Below are positions 18,827 through 28,800 of a DNA stretch of 64,000 nucleotides, one piece after another (positions within the stretch are counted from its first letter, which is position 1; every line of letters begins with the position of its first letter). The position numbers and the translations under genes were made by a program. Source of the DNA: Candidatus Anaeroferrophillus wilburensis (GTDB lineage: Bacteria > Desulfobacterota > Anaeroferrophillalia > Anaeroferrophillales > Anaeroferrophillaceae); assembly GCA_016934315.1 (NCBI GenBank), contig JAFGSY010000039.1, positions 24,454 to 88,453 of the forward strand, in the 5' to 3' direction. Under the pieces are notes generated by a model, which saw nothing but the letters and a program-made list of their open reading frames with translations, was not told the DNA's origin and searched no databases.

Positions 18827-19513
18827 ATGATGATTGGCATTATCACTGCTTTTCGCCATGAACTTGCACCGCTGCTGGCTGCCCAGCCGTGGCGGCAGGA
18901 ATCTTATGACGGACGATCTTTTTACCGCCGTCAGTTACAAGGCTGCGGGGTGGTTGCCACCTCATCCGGACTAGGAAAGGTGATGGCCGCTTCCACCTCG
19001 CAACTGATGATCAGCCGTTTTCAGCCGCTTATACTGATCAATGTCGGTTCCTGTGGCGGGGTTGCCCCGCATCTGAAGATTGGCGACCAGGTTTTGGCCT
19101 CGTCGGTTGTTGAATATGATTTTGCCAGCCTGCATAAAGATGTTCCCCGCCTGCAGTGTGCGCCGTCGCTTGTTGAAATGCTGGCTGACCGGGTTGCCGG
19201 ACTCCATGTGGGCCCGGTGGCTTCGGCCGACCAAAATGCTGATACACCAGCAAAAAGGGCCTGGCTTCATGAACAGTTTCAGGCGTTGGCAGCTGATTGG
19301 GAGGGGGCGGCGGTGGTTCGGGTTGCCCGGCGCAATGGATTGCCGGCGCTGGTATTACGCGGTGTTACTGATGTGGGTTCGGATGAGCTGGAAAAGGAGT
19401 TCAGTGCCCATGTGGATGAGGTCTTGCCGTTGCTGGCCGATACCATGGAAGTGATGCTTGAGGTGCTGGCTGAGTTGATCCGCACCGGCGTCATTCCACG
19501 TAGCGAGGCTTAA
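18827..19513 (+). CDS. Purine nucleosidase of the MTA/SAH nucleosidase (Pfs/MtnN/MqnB) family.
   Basis: Aligns with E. coli Pfs through SGLGKVMAAS...LILINVGSCGGVAPHLKIGDQVLAS...VVRVAR...LRGVTD. Start moved to the ATG at 18827/18830 after GGAAGG. The longer track ORF from 18581 overlaps the upstream gene. Confidence 0.75.
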   Translation: MMIGIITAFRHELAPLLAAQPWRQESYDGRSFYRRQLQGCGVVATSSGLGKVMAASTSQLMISRFQPLILINVGSCGGVAPHLKIGDQVLASSVVEYDFASLHKDVPRLQCAPSLVEMLADRVAGLHVGPVASADQNADTPAKRAWLHEQFQALAADWEGAAVVRVARRNGLPALVLRGVTDVGSDELEKEFSAHVDEVLPLLADTMEVMLEVLAELIRTGVIPRSEA

Positions 19514-19516
19514 ACA

Positions 19517-20878
19517 ATGGCCGTCAAGCATTTCAATCCGCCGCAGCTTATTGTCATCAGTTTTATGGTGGCAATTATCTTCGGCAGCATGGTGCTCATG
19601 CTGCCGGCAGCGGTGAACGGACCGCCTTTGAGGTTTATTGATGCCCTCTTCACCTCAGCGTCGGCAGTGTGTGTCACCGGACTGGTGGTGGTTGATACCG
19701 GCACCCGGTTTACTCTGTTTGGTCAGTTGACGATTCTCGCCCTGATTCAGCTGGGCGGGCTGGGGATTATGACGTTTTCGGTGGTTTTTGTTCTGCTGCT
19801 GGGGCGCAAGCTGGCATTCCGGGAGAAGCTGCTGATCAGCGATGCCTTTTCTCACCTGCCCGTCAATGATATCCGCTACCTGGTGAGACAGATACTGCTT
19901 TTTACGGTTGCCATTGAGGGGTGTGGGGCGGTCATCCTTTTCTGCTGCTGGCTGCCTGATTTTTCCTGGCCCCATGCCGGCTACCTGGCTGTTTTCCATG
20001 CGATTTCAGCCTTTTGCAATGCCGGCTTTTCCCTTTTCAGTGACAGTCTGACAAGCTATCGCCATGATATTTTTGTCAACCTGACGGTCATGGTACTGAT
20101 TATCGCCGGCGGCCTGGGATTTCTGGTGATCATGGAAATCCCCTATGTTGTCCGTCAGCGGCTGCGGCATCAACGGGTGCGGCTGACCCTGCACAGCAAG
20201 CTGGTTCTGCTGGTGACAGTGCTCCTGATTGTTGGTGGAACATGCTTGCTTTTTCTCACTGAACAGGTGCATACCCTGAGTGAACTATCGCCGGGCAGGG
20301 GACTGCTGGCGGCAGCTTTTCAGGCGGTCAGTGCCCGCACTGCCGGCTTCAACACTCTGGATATCGGCTCTTTTGGCAATCCTTCCCTGTTGATCGTCAT
20401 CCTCTTGATGTTTGTCGGTGCTTCTCCGGGCTCCTGCGGCGGTGGAGTCAAGACAACAGCTTTCGGGGTTTTCCTGCTGATGTGCTGGAGCCGCTTTGCC
20501 GGTCGGGATACGGTCAACCTTTTTGGCCGTACTTTTCCCCCGAGCACGATTGTTGACGCGTTGACCATTATTATTACCGCCTCGCTTGTGCTGATAGTAT
20601 TTCTGTTGGCATTATCGATTTCAGAGGCTCAGCTGCATCTGCCTTTGGCGGTTGAGCATGGTCGTTTTCTCCATCTACTTTTTGAAGAGGTGTCGGCTTT
20701 TGCCACTGTGGGACTTTCAACTGGCGTGACCCCGACCCTGACCGACCCGGGAAAATTCCTGCTTGTGCTGTTGATGTTTACCGGCCGGGTGGGACCTTTG
20801 ACCGCCGTTCTGGTATGGGCCCGCCGCCGTCCCCATGGCAGGTATCAGTATGCCGAAGAACAGGTAATGATCGGCTGA
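19517..20878 (+). CDS. Trk/Ktr-type potassium transporter membrane subunit (TrkH/KtrB family).
   Basis: 453 aa, about 8-10 TM. Four M-P-M selectivity repeats with GLGIMT/GFNT-like motifs typical of TrkH/KtrB. Confidence 0.85.
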   Translation: MAVKHFNPPQLIVISFMVAIIFGSMVLMLPAAVNGPPLRFIDALFTSASAVCVTGLVVVDTGTRFTLFGQLTILALIQLGGLGIMTFSVVFVLLLGRKLAFREKLLISDAFSHLPVNDIRYLVRQILLFTVAIEGCGAVILFCCWLPDFSWPHAGYLAVFHAISAFCNAGFSLFSDSLTSYRHDIFVNLTVMVLIIAGGLGFLVIMEIPYVVRQRLRHQRVRLTLHSKLVLLVTVLLIVGGTCLLFLTEQVHTLSELSPGRGLLAAAFQAVSARTAGFNTLDIGSFGNPSLLIVILLMFVGASPGSCGGGVKTTAFGVFLLMCWSRFAGRDTVNLFGRTFPPSTIVDALTIIITASLVLIVFLLALSISEAQLHLPLAVEHGRFLHLLFEEVSAFATVGLSTGVTPTLTDPGKFLLVLLMFTGRVGPLTAVLVWARRRPHGRYQYAEEQVMIG

Positions 20879-20900
20879 TTGATCGGCTGGAGGTTTTTCC

Positions 20901-21563
20901 ATGAGACTGTTTGTGGTTATCGGTTTGGGCAGTTTTGGCTATTATGCCGCAAAACGGCTTTATGCTCTGGGGCAGGAGGTGATGGTTATTGACCATGACA
21001 AAGAACTGGTCCAGAGCATCAAGGATCAGGTTTCCCGGGCGGTGGTGGCAGATGCCACGGACCGGGAAAGTCTTGAACGGCTCGGACTTGCTGATGTTGA
21101 CGTGGCCCTGGTCAGTGTTGGTGACCGGCTTGATACCAGTATCCTGATTACCCTGTATCTCAAGGAGATGGGGGTGAAGGAGGTGGTGGTGAAGGCGGTT
21201 ACCGATGACCATGGTAAAATACTTGAGAAGATCGGCGCCAGCATGGTGATTTTCCCTGAGCGTGATTCCGGGGTACGGCTGGCAGATCGCCTCGGTTCGG
21301 AGAACGTCATTGAGCATTTGCCCCTCAGTGAGGGCTACGGCATCATGGAGATGGCGGCGGATAAAGGCATCATTGGTCAAACACTACGGACCCTCAAGCT
21401 GAGAAACCGCTACGGCATCCAGGTTATTGCCATCAAGGAGATGGTGCCCGAGCGGATGCACTTTCCCCCTGATCCTGATTTTGTTATTAAAGACAGTGAT
21501 ATGCTTATTGTCGTCGGTCCGGACGAGGGGCTTGAAGCTCTGAAGAGAAAACCGCTCATATAA
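20901..21563 (+). CDS. Trk/Ktr K+ uptake regulatory subunit (TrkA-N NAD-binding plus TrkA-C; KtrA-like).
   Basis: Rossmann motif VIGLGSFGYYAAKRL and a C-terminal RCK_C domain. 220 aa. Adjacent to the TrkH-family gene. Confidence 0.85.
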   Translation: MRLFVVIGLGSFGYYAAKRLYALGQEVMVIDHDKELVQSIKDQVSRAVVADATDRESLERLGLADVDVALVSVGDRLDTSILITLYLKEMGVKEVVVKAVTDDHGKILEKIGASMVIFPERDSGVRLADRLGSENVIEHLPLSEGYGIMEMAADKGIIGQTLRTLKLRNRYGIQVIAIKEMVPERMHFPPDPDFVIKDSDMLIVVGPDEGLEALKRKPLI

Positions 21564-21696
21564 GCTGTTCATCCGGCGGTTCGGACGCCGGCAAGGCTGG
21601 TCATCGGTTGCCGACCGGCTTGAGATGAGCAAAACTGGCTTGTCGGCCGGGAGTTGATGATTATTGTTCTAAAAATGTGCGAAAGGATAAAGTGAG

Positions 21697-22791
21697 ATGC
21701 AGTTTGTTGACCTGACGGCCCAGTACCGGGCTTATCAAAAGGAAATTGATGCGGCTGTGGCTGCGGTTCTGACCACGTCCCAGTTTATCGGCGGCCCTGC
21801 CATCAACGAACTTGAGATGAAACTGGCAGCCATGGTCGGGGTTGATCATGGTATTGCCTGTGCATCGGGAACTGATGCCCTGCTCTTATCTCTGATGGCC
21901 CTGGGGATCGGTCCCGGTGACGAGGTGGTTACCACTCCCTTTACCTTCATTGCCACGGCGGAGACCATTGCTCTGGTGGGGGCAACCCCGGTTTTCATCG
22001 ATATTGAGCCTGATACCTATATGATCAACCCTGATCTTCTCGAAGATGTTGTTTCGCCCCGGACCAAGGCGATTATTGCCGTCGATATTTTTGGTTTTTC
22101 GGCTGATTATGGACGTCTGCAGGCTTTTGCCGACTGCCATGGCGTCGCGCTCATTGAAGACGCCGCCCAGTCGCTCGGCGGCAGGTGGCAGGACAAGCAG
22201 TGTGGGTCATTCGGTACGCTGGCTGCAACTTCCTTTTTCCCCGCTAAACCTCTGGGCTGCTATGGTGACGGGGGGATGATTTTTACCCGGGATGCAGAGT
22301 GTGCCGAGCGGCTGAGTATGTTGCGTAATCATGGTCAAAATCAGCGTTATCACCACCAGTTGCTGGGTGTGAACAGTCGGCTCGATACCCTTCAAGCTGC
22401 TGTTTTGCTGGCCAAATTACCTTTTTTTGAGACGGAGATTGATCGTCGTCGAACCATAGCAGCCCGCTACTCTTCAGCCTTTGCCGCTTCTTTTCAGGTG
22501 CCGGTTGAAAAAATCGGCAGCCGTTCGGTCTATGCCCAGTACTCTCTTCGTTCGAAGTTCCGCGACCGGATACTGGAAACTCTCCGGAAGGCCGGAATCC
22601 CCACGGCAATTCATTATCCGATCCCCCTTCATCGTCAGGAGGTTTTTGCCCATCTTGGCTATCAGGAGGGCTGTCTGCCGATCGCCGAACAGGTTTGCAA
22701 AGAGATATTTTCGTTGCCGGTCCACCCCTTTCTCAGCGATGCAGAGGTGGAAATGATTATTGATTGCTCCATTGGTGCATTGAAATCGTAG
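21697..22791 (+). CDS. DegT/DnrJ/EryC1/StrS-family PLP-dependent sugar aminotransferase.
   Basis: Motifs GIACASGTDALLLSL, DEVVTTPFTFIATAE and the PLP lysine region SFFPAKPLGCYGDGG. 364 aa. Confidence 0.85.
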   Translation: MQFVDLTAQYRAYQKEIDAAVAAVLTTSQFIGGPAINELEMKLAAMVGVDHGIACASGTDALLLSLMALGIGPGDEVVTTPFTFIATAETIALVGATPVFIDIEPDTYMINPDLLEDVVSPRTKAIIAVDIFGFSADYGRLQAFADCHGVALIEDAAQSLGGRWQDKQCGSFGTLAATSFFPAKPLGCYGDGGMIFTRDAECAERLSMLRNHGQNQRYHHQLLGVNSRLDTLQAAVLLAKLPFFETEIDRRRTIAARYSSAFAASFQVPVEKIGSRSVYAQYSLRSKFRDRILETLRKAGIPTAIHYPIPLHRQEVFAHLGYQEGCLPIAEQVCKEIFSLPVHPFLSDAEVEMIIDCSIGALKS

Positions 22792-22958
22792 AGAAAGTGC
22801 GGTGGCAATCTGGCATTCGGCAAAAGACTTTATGCCGGTTCCCGATTGCTGAAAAAGAACAAGTCCTATGGAAAGCATCAATTGCAGAGCACCAATACCT
22901 GTGTAATTATCATAAGATAACATCTGTCTTGGAATGAAGTCCCTCTTTTTTAGCAGCT

Positions 22959-23909
22959 ATGGAAAAAATTGAGTTTGACAACACCGCAGCATTGCGGATT
23001 ATTCTTGGGGATCGGGATGAGCATATCCGGCTGCTTGAGGAGAAAAGCGGCCTTAAGATACAATGCCGAGGCAATACGGTGATGATCGACGGTGATCAAA
23101 TTCGGCTGGAGCTGGTTGCCGGATTGCTGCGGGAGTTGTATCAGCTGGTGCTATCCGGCTATCCTTTGTATGAAACAGACATTGATTATGCCTACCGGAT
23201 CAAGGCAGGAGATGCCGGCGCACGTTTACGTGATATTTTCCTGGACAAGGTGTATATCAGCCATAAAGGGAGTAAGCGTCAGCCCATTGCACCTAAAACT
23301 GTCGGCCAGAAGCGTTATATCGATGCCATCAGAAATCATGATATTGTCTTTGGCATTGGGCCGGCTGGCACCGGCAAAACCTACCTTGCCATGGCCATGG
23401 CCATTGCCGCGCTGACCAGTAAAGCGGTGGATCGCATCATTCTGACCCGTCCGGCAGTGGAGGCCGGCGAGCGGCTCGGTTTTCTTCCCGGCGATTTGCA
23501 GGAAAAAGTGAATCCATATCTGCGGCCGCTCTACGATGCTCTCCATGATATGCTGGATTTTAGCCGCTCAAGCATGTTATTGGATAAAGGGATTATTGAG
23601 GTGGCTCCTCTGGCTTTTATGCGCGGCAGGACCCTGAATAACGCCTTTGTCATCTTTGACGAAGCCCAGAATAGTTCTGCTGAGCAGATGAAGATGTTTC
23701 TTACCCGGCTCGGGTTTGGTTCTCAGGCAGTTGTTACCGGTGATATCACCCAGACTGACCTGCCGGAAAACAAGGAATCAGGACTGGTAAAGGTCCAGGG
23801 TATTCTGCAGGGAGTTGAAGGGATTTCCTTTTGTTACCTGTCGCAGGCTGATGTGGTGCGTCATCCGCTGGTTCAAAAAATCATTGCCGCCTATGAGCGA
23901 CATTCCTGA
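22959..23909 (+). CDS. ybeZ: PhoH-like ATPase (YbeZ).
   Basis: KH-like N-terminus then P-loop GPAGTGKTYLAMAMA and conserved C-terminus. Upstream of ybeY as in the conserved ybeZ-ybeY pair. Confidence 0.85.
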   Translation: MEKIEFDNTAALRIILGDRDEHIRLLEEKSGLKIQCRGNTVMIDGDQIRLELVAGLLRELYQLVLSGYPLYETDIDYAYRIKAGDAGARLRDIFLDKVYISHKGSKRQPIAPKTVGQKRYIDAIRNHDIVFGIGPAGTGKTYLAMAMAIAALTSKAVDRIILTRPAVEAGERLGFLPGDLQEKVNPYLRPLYDALHDMLDFSRSSMLLDKGIIEVAPLAFMRGRTLNNAFVIFDEAQNSSAEQMKMFLTRLGFGSQAVVTGDITQTDLPENKESGLVKVQGILQGVEGISFCYLSQADVVRHPLVQKIIAAYERHS

Positions 23910-24115
23910 CTTCAGGTGTCGCGACCCGGTTAAGCGGTTATGGCCAGGGTCGGCAGATGGATTGGTTGAAAGTAGTCTCAGGTCCGTGATCAGCCCAGCC
24001 ATCCACCGCCAGGGCACGTTTGCCGGGTGCGACCACTTCTCCGACGTGCCGGCAAACCAGCATGCTTTCGTGATAACATCCTGATATCTGATAACTTTCA
24101 TTGACCCTTCAGCCA

Positions 24116-24544
24116 ATGTCCGCTACACTGGTAAACTGTCAGAATATTGTTCAGATTGATGAATCCTGGCTGACTCAGCGGATTGCTGTTGTTTTGGCCG
24201 AACTGGATGCTGATGCTCCGGCTGTGGAAATAAGCATTGTTGACGACCGGCAAATTGCGCAGCTGCATGCTGACTATTTTGATAATCCTGAGCCCACGAC
24301 GGTAATTTCGTTTCCGCAGGAGAAAGAGTTCGGCTTGCTGGGCGAGGTGATTGTTTCCGTGGAAACCGTGGCCCGGCAGACGACTGATCTTGGTTACCGT
24401 CTGGAGGAGGGCTTGTTGTACTATATGATTCACGGGTTGCTCCATCTGTGTGGTTATGAGCATGTGGGGGTCCCGCTAGCCGTTGCCGAGCAGATGTACG
24501 CCAAGCAGGAAGAGCTTTTTGAGTTGGGGCTCATTACTGCATAA
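24116..24544 (+). CDS. ybeY: Endoribonuclease YbeY (rRNA maturation factor).
   Basis: Zinc motif HGLLHLCGYEH near the C-terminus. Alternative TTG start at 24101. Confidence 0.88.
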   Translation: MSATLVNCQNIVQIDESWLTQRIAVVLAELDADAPAVEISIVDDRQIAQLHADYFDNPEPTTVISFPQEKEFGLLGEVIVSVETVARQTTDLGYRLEEGLLYYMIHGLLHLCGYEHVGVPLAVAEQMYAKQEELFELGLITA

Positions 24545-24615
24545 TTGTCCTTAGCTTGAGTGATCGTGATATCTGAAAAACCTTTGATGAAGCAGGTCGT
24601 GAGGGGAGGTTGTCT

Positions 24616-25806
24616 GTGGCAAAAGTGCAGAAAACCATTGAGGAAATAAATCAGCGGATAAAAAAGGGCGAAGCGGTAGTGGTCACCGCCGAGGAGATGA
24701 TCGGTATTGTTGGCGAGCATGGTGCCGCAGAGGCAGCCCATCAGGTTGATGTGGTGACCACCGGAACCTTCAGCCCCATGTGTTCCTCGGGTGCTTTTTT
24801 TAATCTCGGCCATTGTACGCCGCGCATGCGCGCCAGCAAGGTATGGCTCAACAATGTTCCTGCTTATGGTGGGGTTGCCGCTGTCGATGCATATCTGGGG
24901 GCGACGGAACCATGTGTTGAAGATCCATTGAATAAAATCTATCCCGGAGAGTTTCGTTACGGTGGCGGGCACGTCATCCAGGATCTGGTGGCCGGGGAAA
25001 AGGTCCATGTCTATATGGAGGGCTACGGTACCTCCTGCTATCCCAGCAAGGTGGCGGAAAAACAGCTGACGCTGGCAGATATGCCCAACGCTATTCTCTG
25101 CAATCCCCGCAATGCCTACCAGAACTATAATTGTGCCATTAACCTTTCAGACAAGACGATCTATACTTATATGGGGGTTCTGCGTCCCCGGGGTGGCAAT
25201 GCCACCTACTGCAGTGCCGGTCAGCTGAGTCCCCTGCTTAATGATCCCTATTATCTGACCACCGGTCTGGGAACCAGAATTTTTCTCGGCGGCGGTATCG
25301 GCTATGTCACCTGGTATGGAACCCAGCATAATCCCGGGGTGAAACGGGGGGCAAACGGAGTGGTGCGGGGCGGTGCTGGAACGCTTTTTGTTACCGGTGA
25401 CCTGAAGCAGATGTCATCCAAGTGGCTGGTGGGGGTCAGCATGCTGGGCTACGGCTGCAGCCTGGCGGTGGGTATTGGCATTCCCATTCCGATTCTCAAT
25501 GAACAGATGGCGCGCTTTACCGCCGTCAGCGATGAGCAGATCTTCGCCCCGGTGGTTGACTACAGCTACGATTATCCCATGGGCACCGGCAAGGTTATTC
25601 AAGAGGTATCATATGCGGATCTCAAACGGGGCATGGTTGTCATCAACGGCAAGGAAACCAAGACCAGCCCATTGTCCAGTTATTTTCGGGCCAGGGAGAT
25701 AGCGGAAACATTGAAAAGCTGGATTCAGGCAGGTGATTTCACCCTTGGCGAGCCGCAGATGAAGCTCCCCGGGCATGAACTGGCAGATCTTGGTGTTGGA
25801 GTATAG
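24616..25806 (+). CDS. COG1900/DUF39 protein, homolog of the Methanosarcina MA1821-type homocysteine-biosynthesis sulfur-incorporation enzyme.
   Basis: N-terminus KTIEEINQRIKKGEAVVVTAEEMIGIV and overall architecture match the MA1821 family. GTG at 24616 preceded by GAGGGGAGG. The track gives a TTG start at 24610. Confidence 0.8.
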   Translation: MAKVQKTIEEINQRIKKGEAVVVTAEEMIGIVGEHGAAEAAHQVDVVTTGTFSPMCSSGAFFNLGHCTPRMRASKVWLNNVPAYGGVAAVDAYLGATEPCVEDPLNKIYPGEFRYGGGHVIQDLVAGEKVHVYMEGYGTSCYPSKVAEKQLTLADMPNAILCNPRNAYQNYNCAINLSDKTIYTYMGVLRPRGGNATYCSAGQLSPLLNDPYYLTTGLGTRIFLGGGIGYVTWYGTQHNPGVKRGANGVVRGGAGTLFVTGDLKQMSSKWLVGVSMLGYGCSLAVGIGIPIPILNEQMARFTAVSDEQIFAPVVDYSYDYPMGTGKVIQEVSYADLKRGMVVINGKETKTSPLSSYFRAREIAETLKSWIQAGDFTLGEPQMKLPGHELADLGVGV

Positions 25807-28800
25807 TGCAGATCATGAACAGGTCGGCAGTTGTAAAATGGTGGGTTGTTGCCTTTAGCTTTGCGGTACTAACGCTGAGTTGGTCCCCAGGGCTGAAATC
25901 AGATCAGGCCGGCAAAGGACTGACGCTGCCCGAGGTGGTGGTGGTGGGCCGTGACAGTGTCAAGTTGGAAGGATTTCGCGATTTTACCCTGATGCCGCTC
26001 CTTGATCCCGGGACCAAACTGGAACCGGCTGATGACCAGCTTGCCTTTGATACGGGCGGCAATGAAACCTCACCGGTGTGGACAACTCCTGAGCTGCAAT
26101 CACCCGGATGTACCTATCGCCATTCGGTGACTGCGTACCTGGCCCGTGGATTTACCGGTGCTGAGGGATATTATTACAGTGGCAAGCAGCAGTATGTGGA
26201 TGGAGTGTATCAGGAGGCCCGCTACTATTTTTCGACTGGCATTGAAAAGTTTCCCCGCAGCCCTTTTGTTTCTTCATCACTGTACTGGCTTGGGGAGATT
26301 GCCTATGGAGAACATCGTTATGCTGAAGCCCGGAATTTTTTTTCCCGGGCAGCAGCCTATCCCGATTGCCAATATGCCGGTTATGCTTCTTATTCCCTTG
26401 GCTGGCTGGCACATCAGGAGGGCGCATTTCTTGCCGCTGCCAATCATTTTTCCGCTGTTGGCCAACTTCCCGGAACAGAGGCATTACAGCCAACTGCCTT
26501 GTTCTGGCAGGGAGAATCATTGCACAGGGCACAACAGCTGGAGCAGAGCTGGACGGTGCTTACACGTCTTCTGGAGCGCTACCCGGGTTCTTCGTATGAA
26601 CTTCAGGCCAGGTATTTGCTGGCCTCCATGGCAATTAACAACAAGGCCTATGAAACGGCTCTTGCATTTTTTGATGATATCTTCACTGCTGAGCAGCCAT
26701 TGACCCTGGATGTCGTGCTGGTTCGCCAATCGCTGCTGGCCGCAGGATGGTGTCACTACTATCTCAAAGAGGATCAGCAGGCTGTCCAGCGCTTCCGGCA
26801 GTTGCTGGTTCCTGGTGCTCCCCACGATACCATGCCTTTGGCTTTTCTCGGCTACGGGTTGTCACTCATCCGCCAGGAGCTGATCAGTGATGCCCTGGAA
26901 GCGGTGGAAAACCGACCAGAACCGGTTCGCAGCAATAAGGTTGCGGTTGTGGTTTTGCGGAAAATCATTGCCTGGTATGATGATCATGGGATGATCTCTG
27001 AAGCCATTATGGCCTCGCAGCTGCTGGTGGAGGAATTTCCCCCAACGGTGTTGTCCGGAGAGGACTTCCGCCGGCTGTCCCTGATGTACGGTACAGTCAA
27101 CACCTTTGTTCCGGCTCTGGAAATAGTGGAAAATGGCTTGTCGGTGGTTGCTGATCAGGGTGAATCCCCTGTGCCGTTGCTCATTGAAAAAACCAGGATT
27201 CTCCAGCAGATTGGCAGGTTTGACGAAGCCGAAAGCATCCTGCAGGAGCTTCTCGAACGCAGCTCCGGGCTGTCTTCTGCGGAGAAGTACCGGTGTCGTT
27301 TGCTGCTGGCCAGGGGATATAATACGGTTGGCAACATTGACCAGGCTCTTACTATCCTGCAGGTAATCCCCCGTAATTCAGCAATCCCCGAATCGGTTCT
27401 GGCAGCCTATGAGCAAGGATGGGCCTTTATGAAAGGGGAGGCCTATGCTGAGGCACTGACTGCACTGGATTTCTTTCTGAGCAATGAACCGCAGGTGTCA
27501 GATCTTATTGATCAGCAGACGGTGCAGAATGCCCTGCTTAATAAGGGGGAGTGCCTCTTCAACCTGCATCAGGATGCCGCAGCTTTTGAACTGTTTGCCG
27601 ATTTTGGCAAGCGTTTCCCATCAAGCATGTTCAATGACCGGGCCTGCTATTATCAGGGGTGGATTTTGTTGCGACAGGGAAAAGCCAGTGAGGCTTTGGC
27701 TGTCTTCCTTGATCTTCTGCATACCTATCCTGAAACCAGCCTGCAGGATGCGGTGTTTTTTCAGCGTGGTCAGAGTTATTTCAGCCTCGGGATGTTTCCC
27801 CAGGCAATTCATGAATATGAATATCTCATCAACCATTTCCCCCAATCATCCTATGCCGGTACGGCGTTGCTGAAAATTGGCGAAAGCTATTTTAATGCTC
27901 AGGACTACCTTCGTGCCAAGTTGACCTATCTGCGTACCGCCCAAACCTACACAGGCCTGCCTTTGGAAGAACAGGCTCGTTACGGTCTGCTGCTGCTGGC
28001 TTATAAACAGCGTCACGACGATTATCTGGAGGCGGAATTCAAGCCGTTTCTTGAGCGTTTCCCGGAATCCACCTACCTTTCCCCGCTGATGCTGATGATT
28101 GCAGAGATTTACCAGCAGGATGAACGATGGCAGGAACTCAAGACCCTGCTCCAGGAGATTCTTGCCGGGCACCATCCAGATAATGTCAAAATGGATGCCC
28201 TTTTTCAGCTGATCAATATTGCCAGACGACAGCAGGATGAGGCGCAGATGCAATCATTGTGTCGCCAGATGATTGAAATGTTCCCCGGAGGGAAGTATCA
28301 GTATGACTGCAATCTGGTCTTGGCTGAAGTGTACTCTGCGCAGGGTGCCTATGATCAGGCGCTTGAGTCTCTGGCGCCCAATCTGACCGGCTGTGACGAC
28401 CTGCATTTGCAGCGTCAGTCTCTGTTGTCCAGTGCCCGTATCAATGAAAAGAGTGACCGTTGGGATGAGGCTGAACAGCTTTATCGGCGCCTGGTCTCCC
28501 AAGATAGCCGGGATTCCATTACCTTTGCCGCCTATGATAGTCTTGGGGCATTATATCGCCGGCAGAAAAAATATGATCAGGCAATTTTTTTCTATCAGCA
28601 GGGAGCAGGAAATCCCAAGCCTTCCCTGGCTGCCAAGTCGCACTATTTCCAGGCGGTCGTCATGCTGGAGGCTGGTAATGAGAGTGAAGCGATAAAACAA
28701 TTTCTCCGGTTACCCTACCTGTTTGCTGACCAGCAGGAGTGGATTGTCAAGTCGCTTCTGGTTGTTGCGGACTATTATGACCGTCAACAAAATCGCGAAG

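Noticed and set aside
21564-21696. GC-rich hairpins (CCGGCG-N7-CGCCGG, CGGTTGCCGACCG) after the trkA/ktrA-like gene as a possible terminator.
   Set aside because: No U-tract follows either hairpin. At best these are weak rho-dependent or structural elements.
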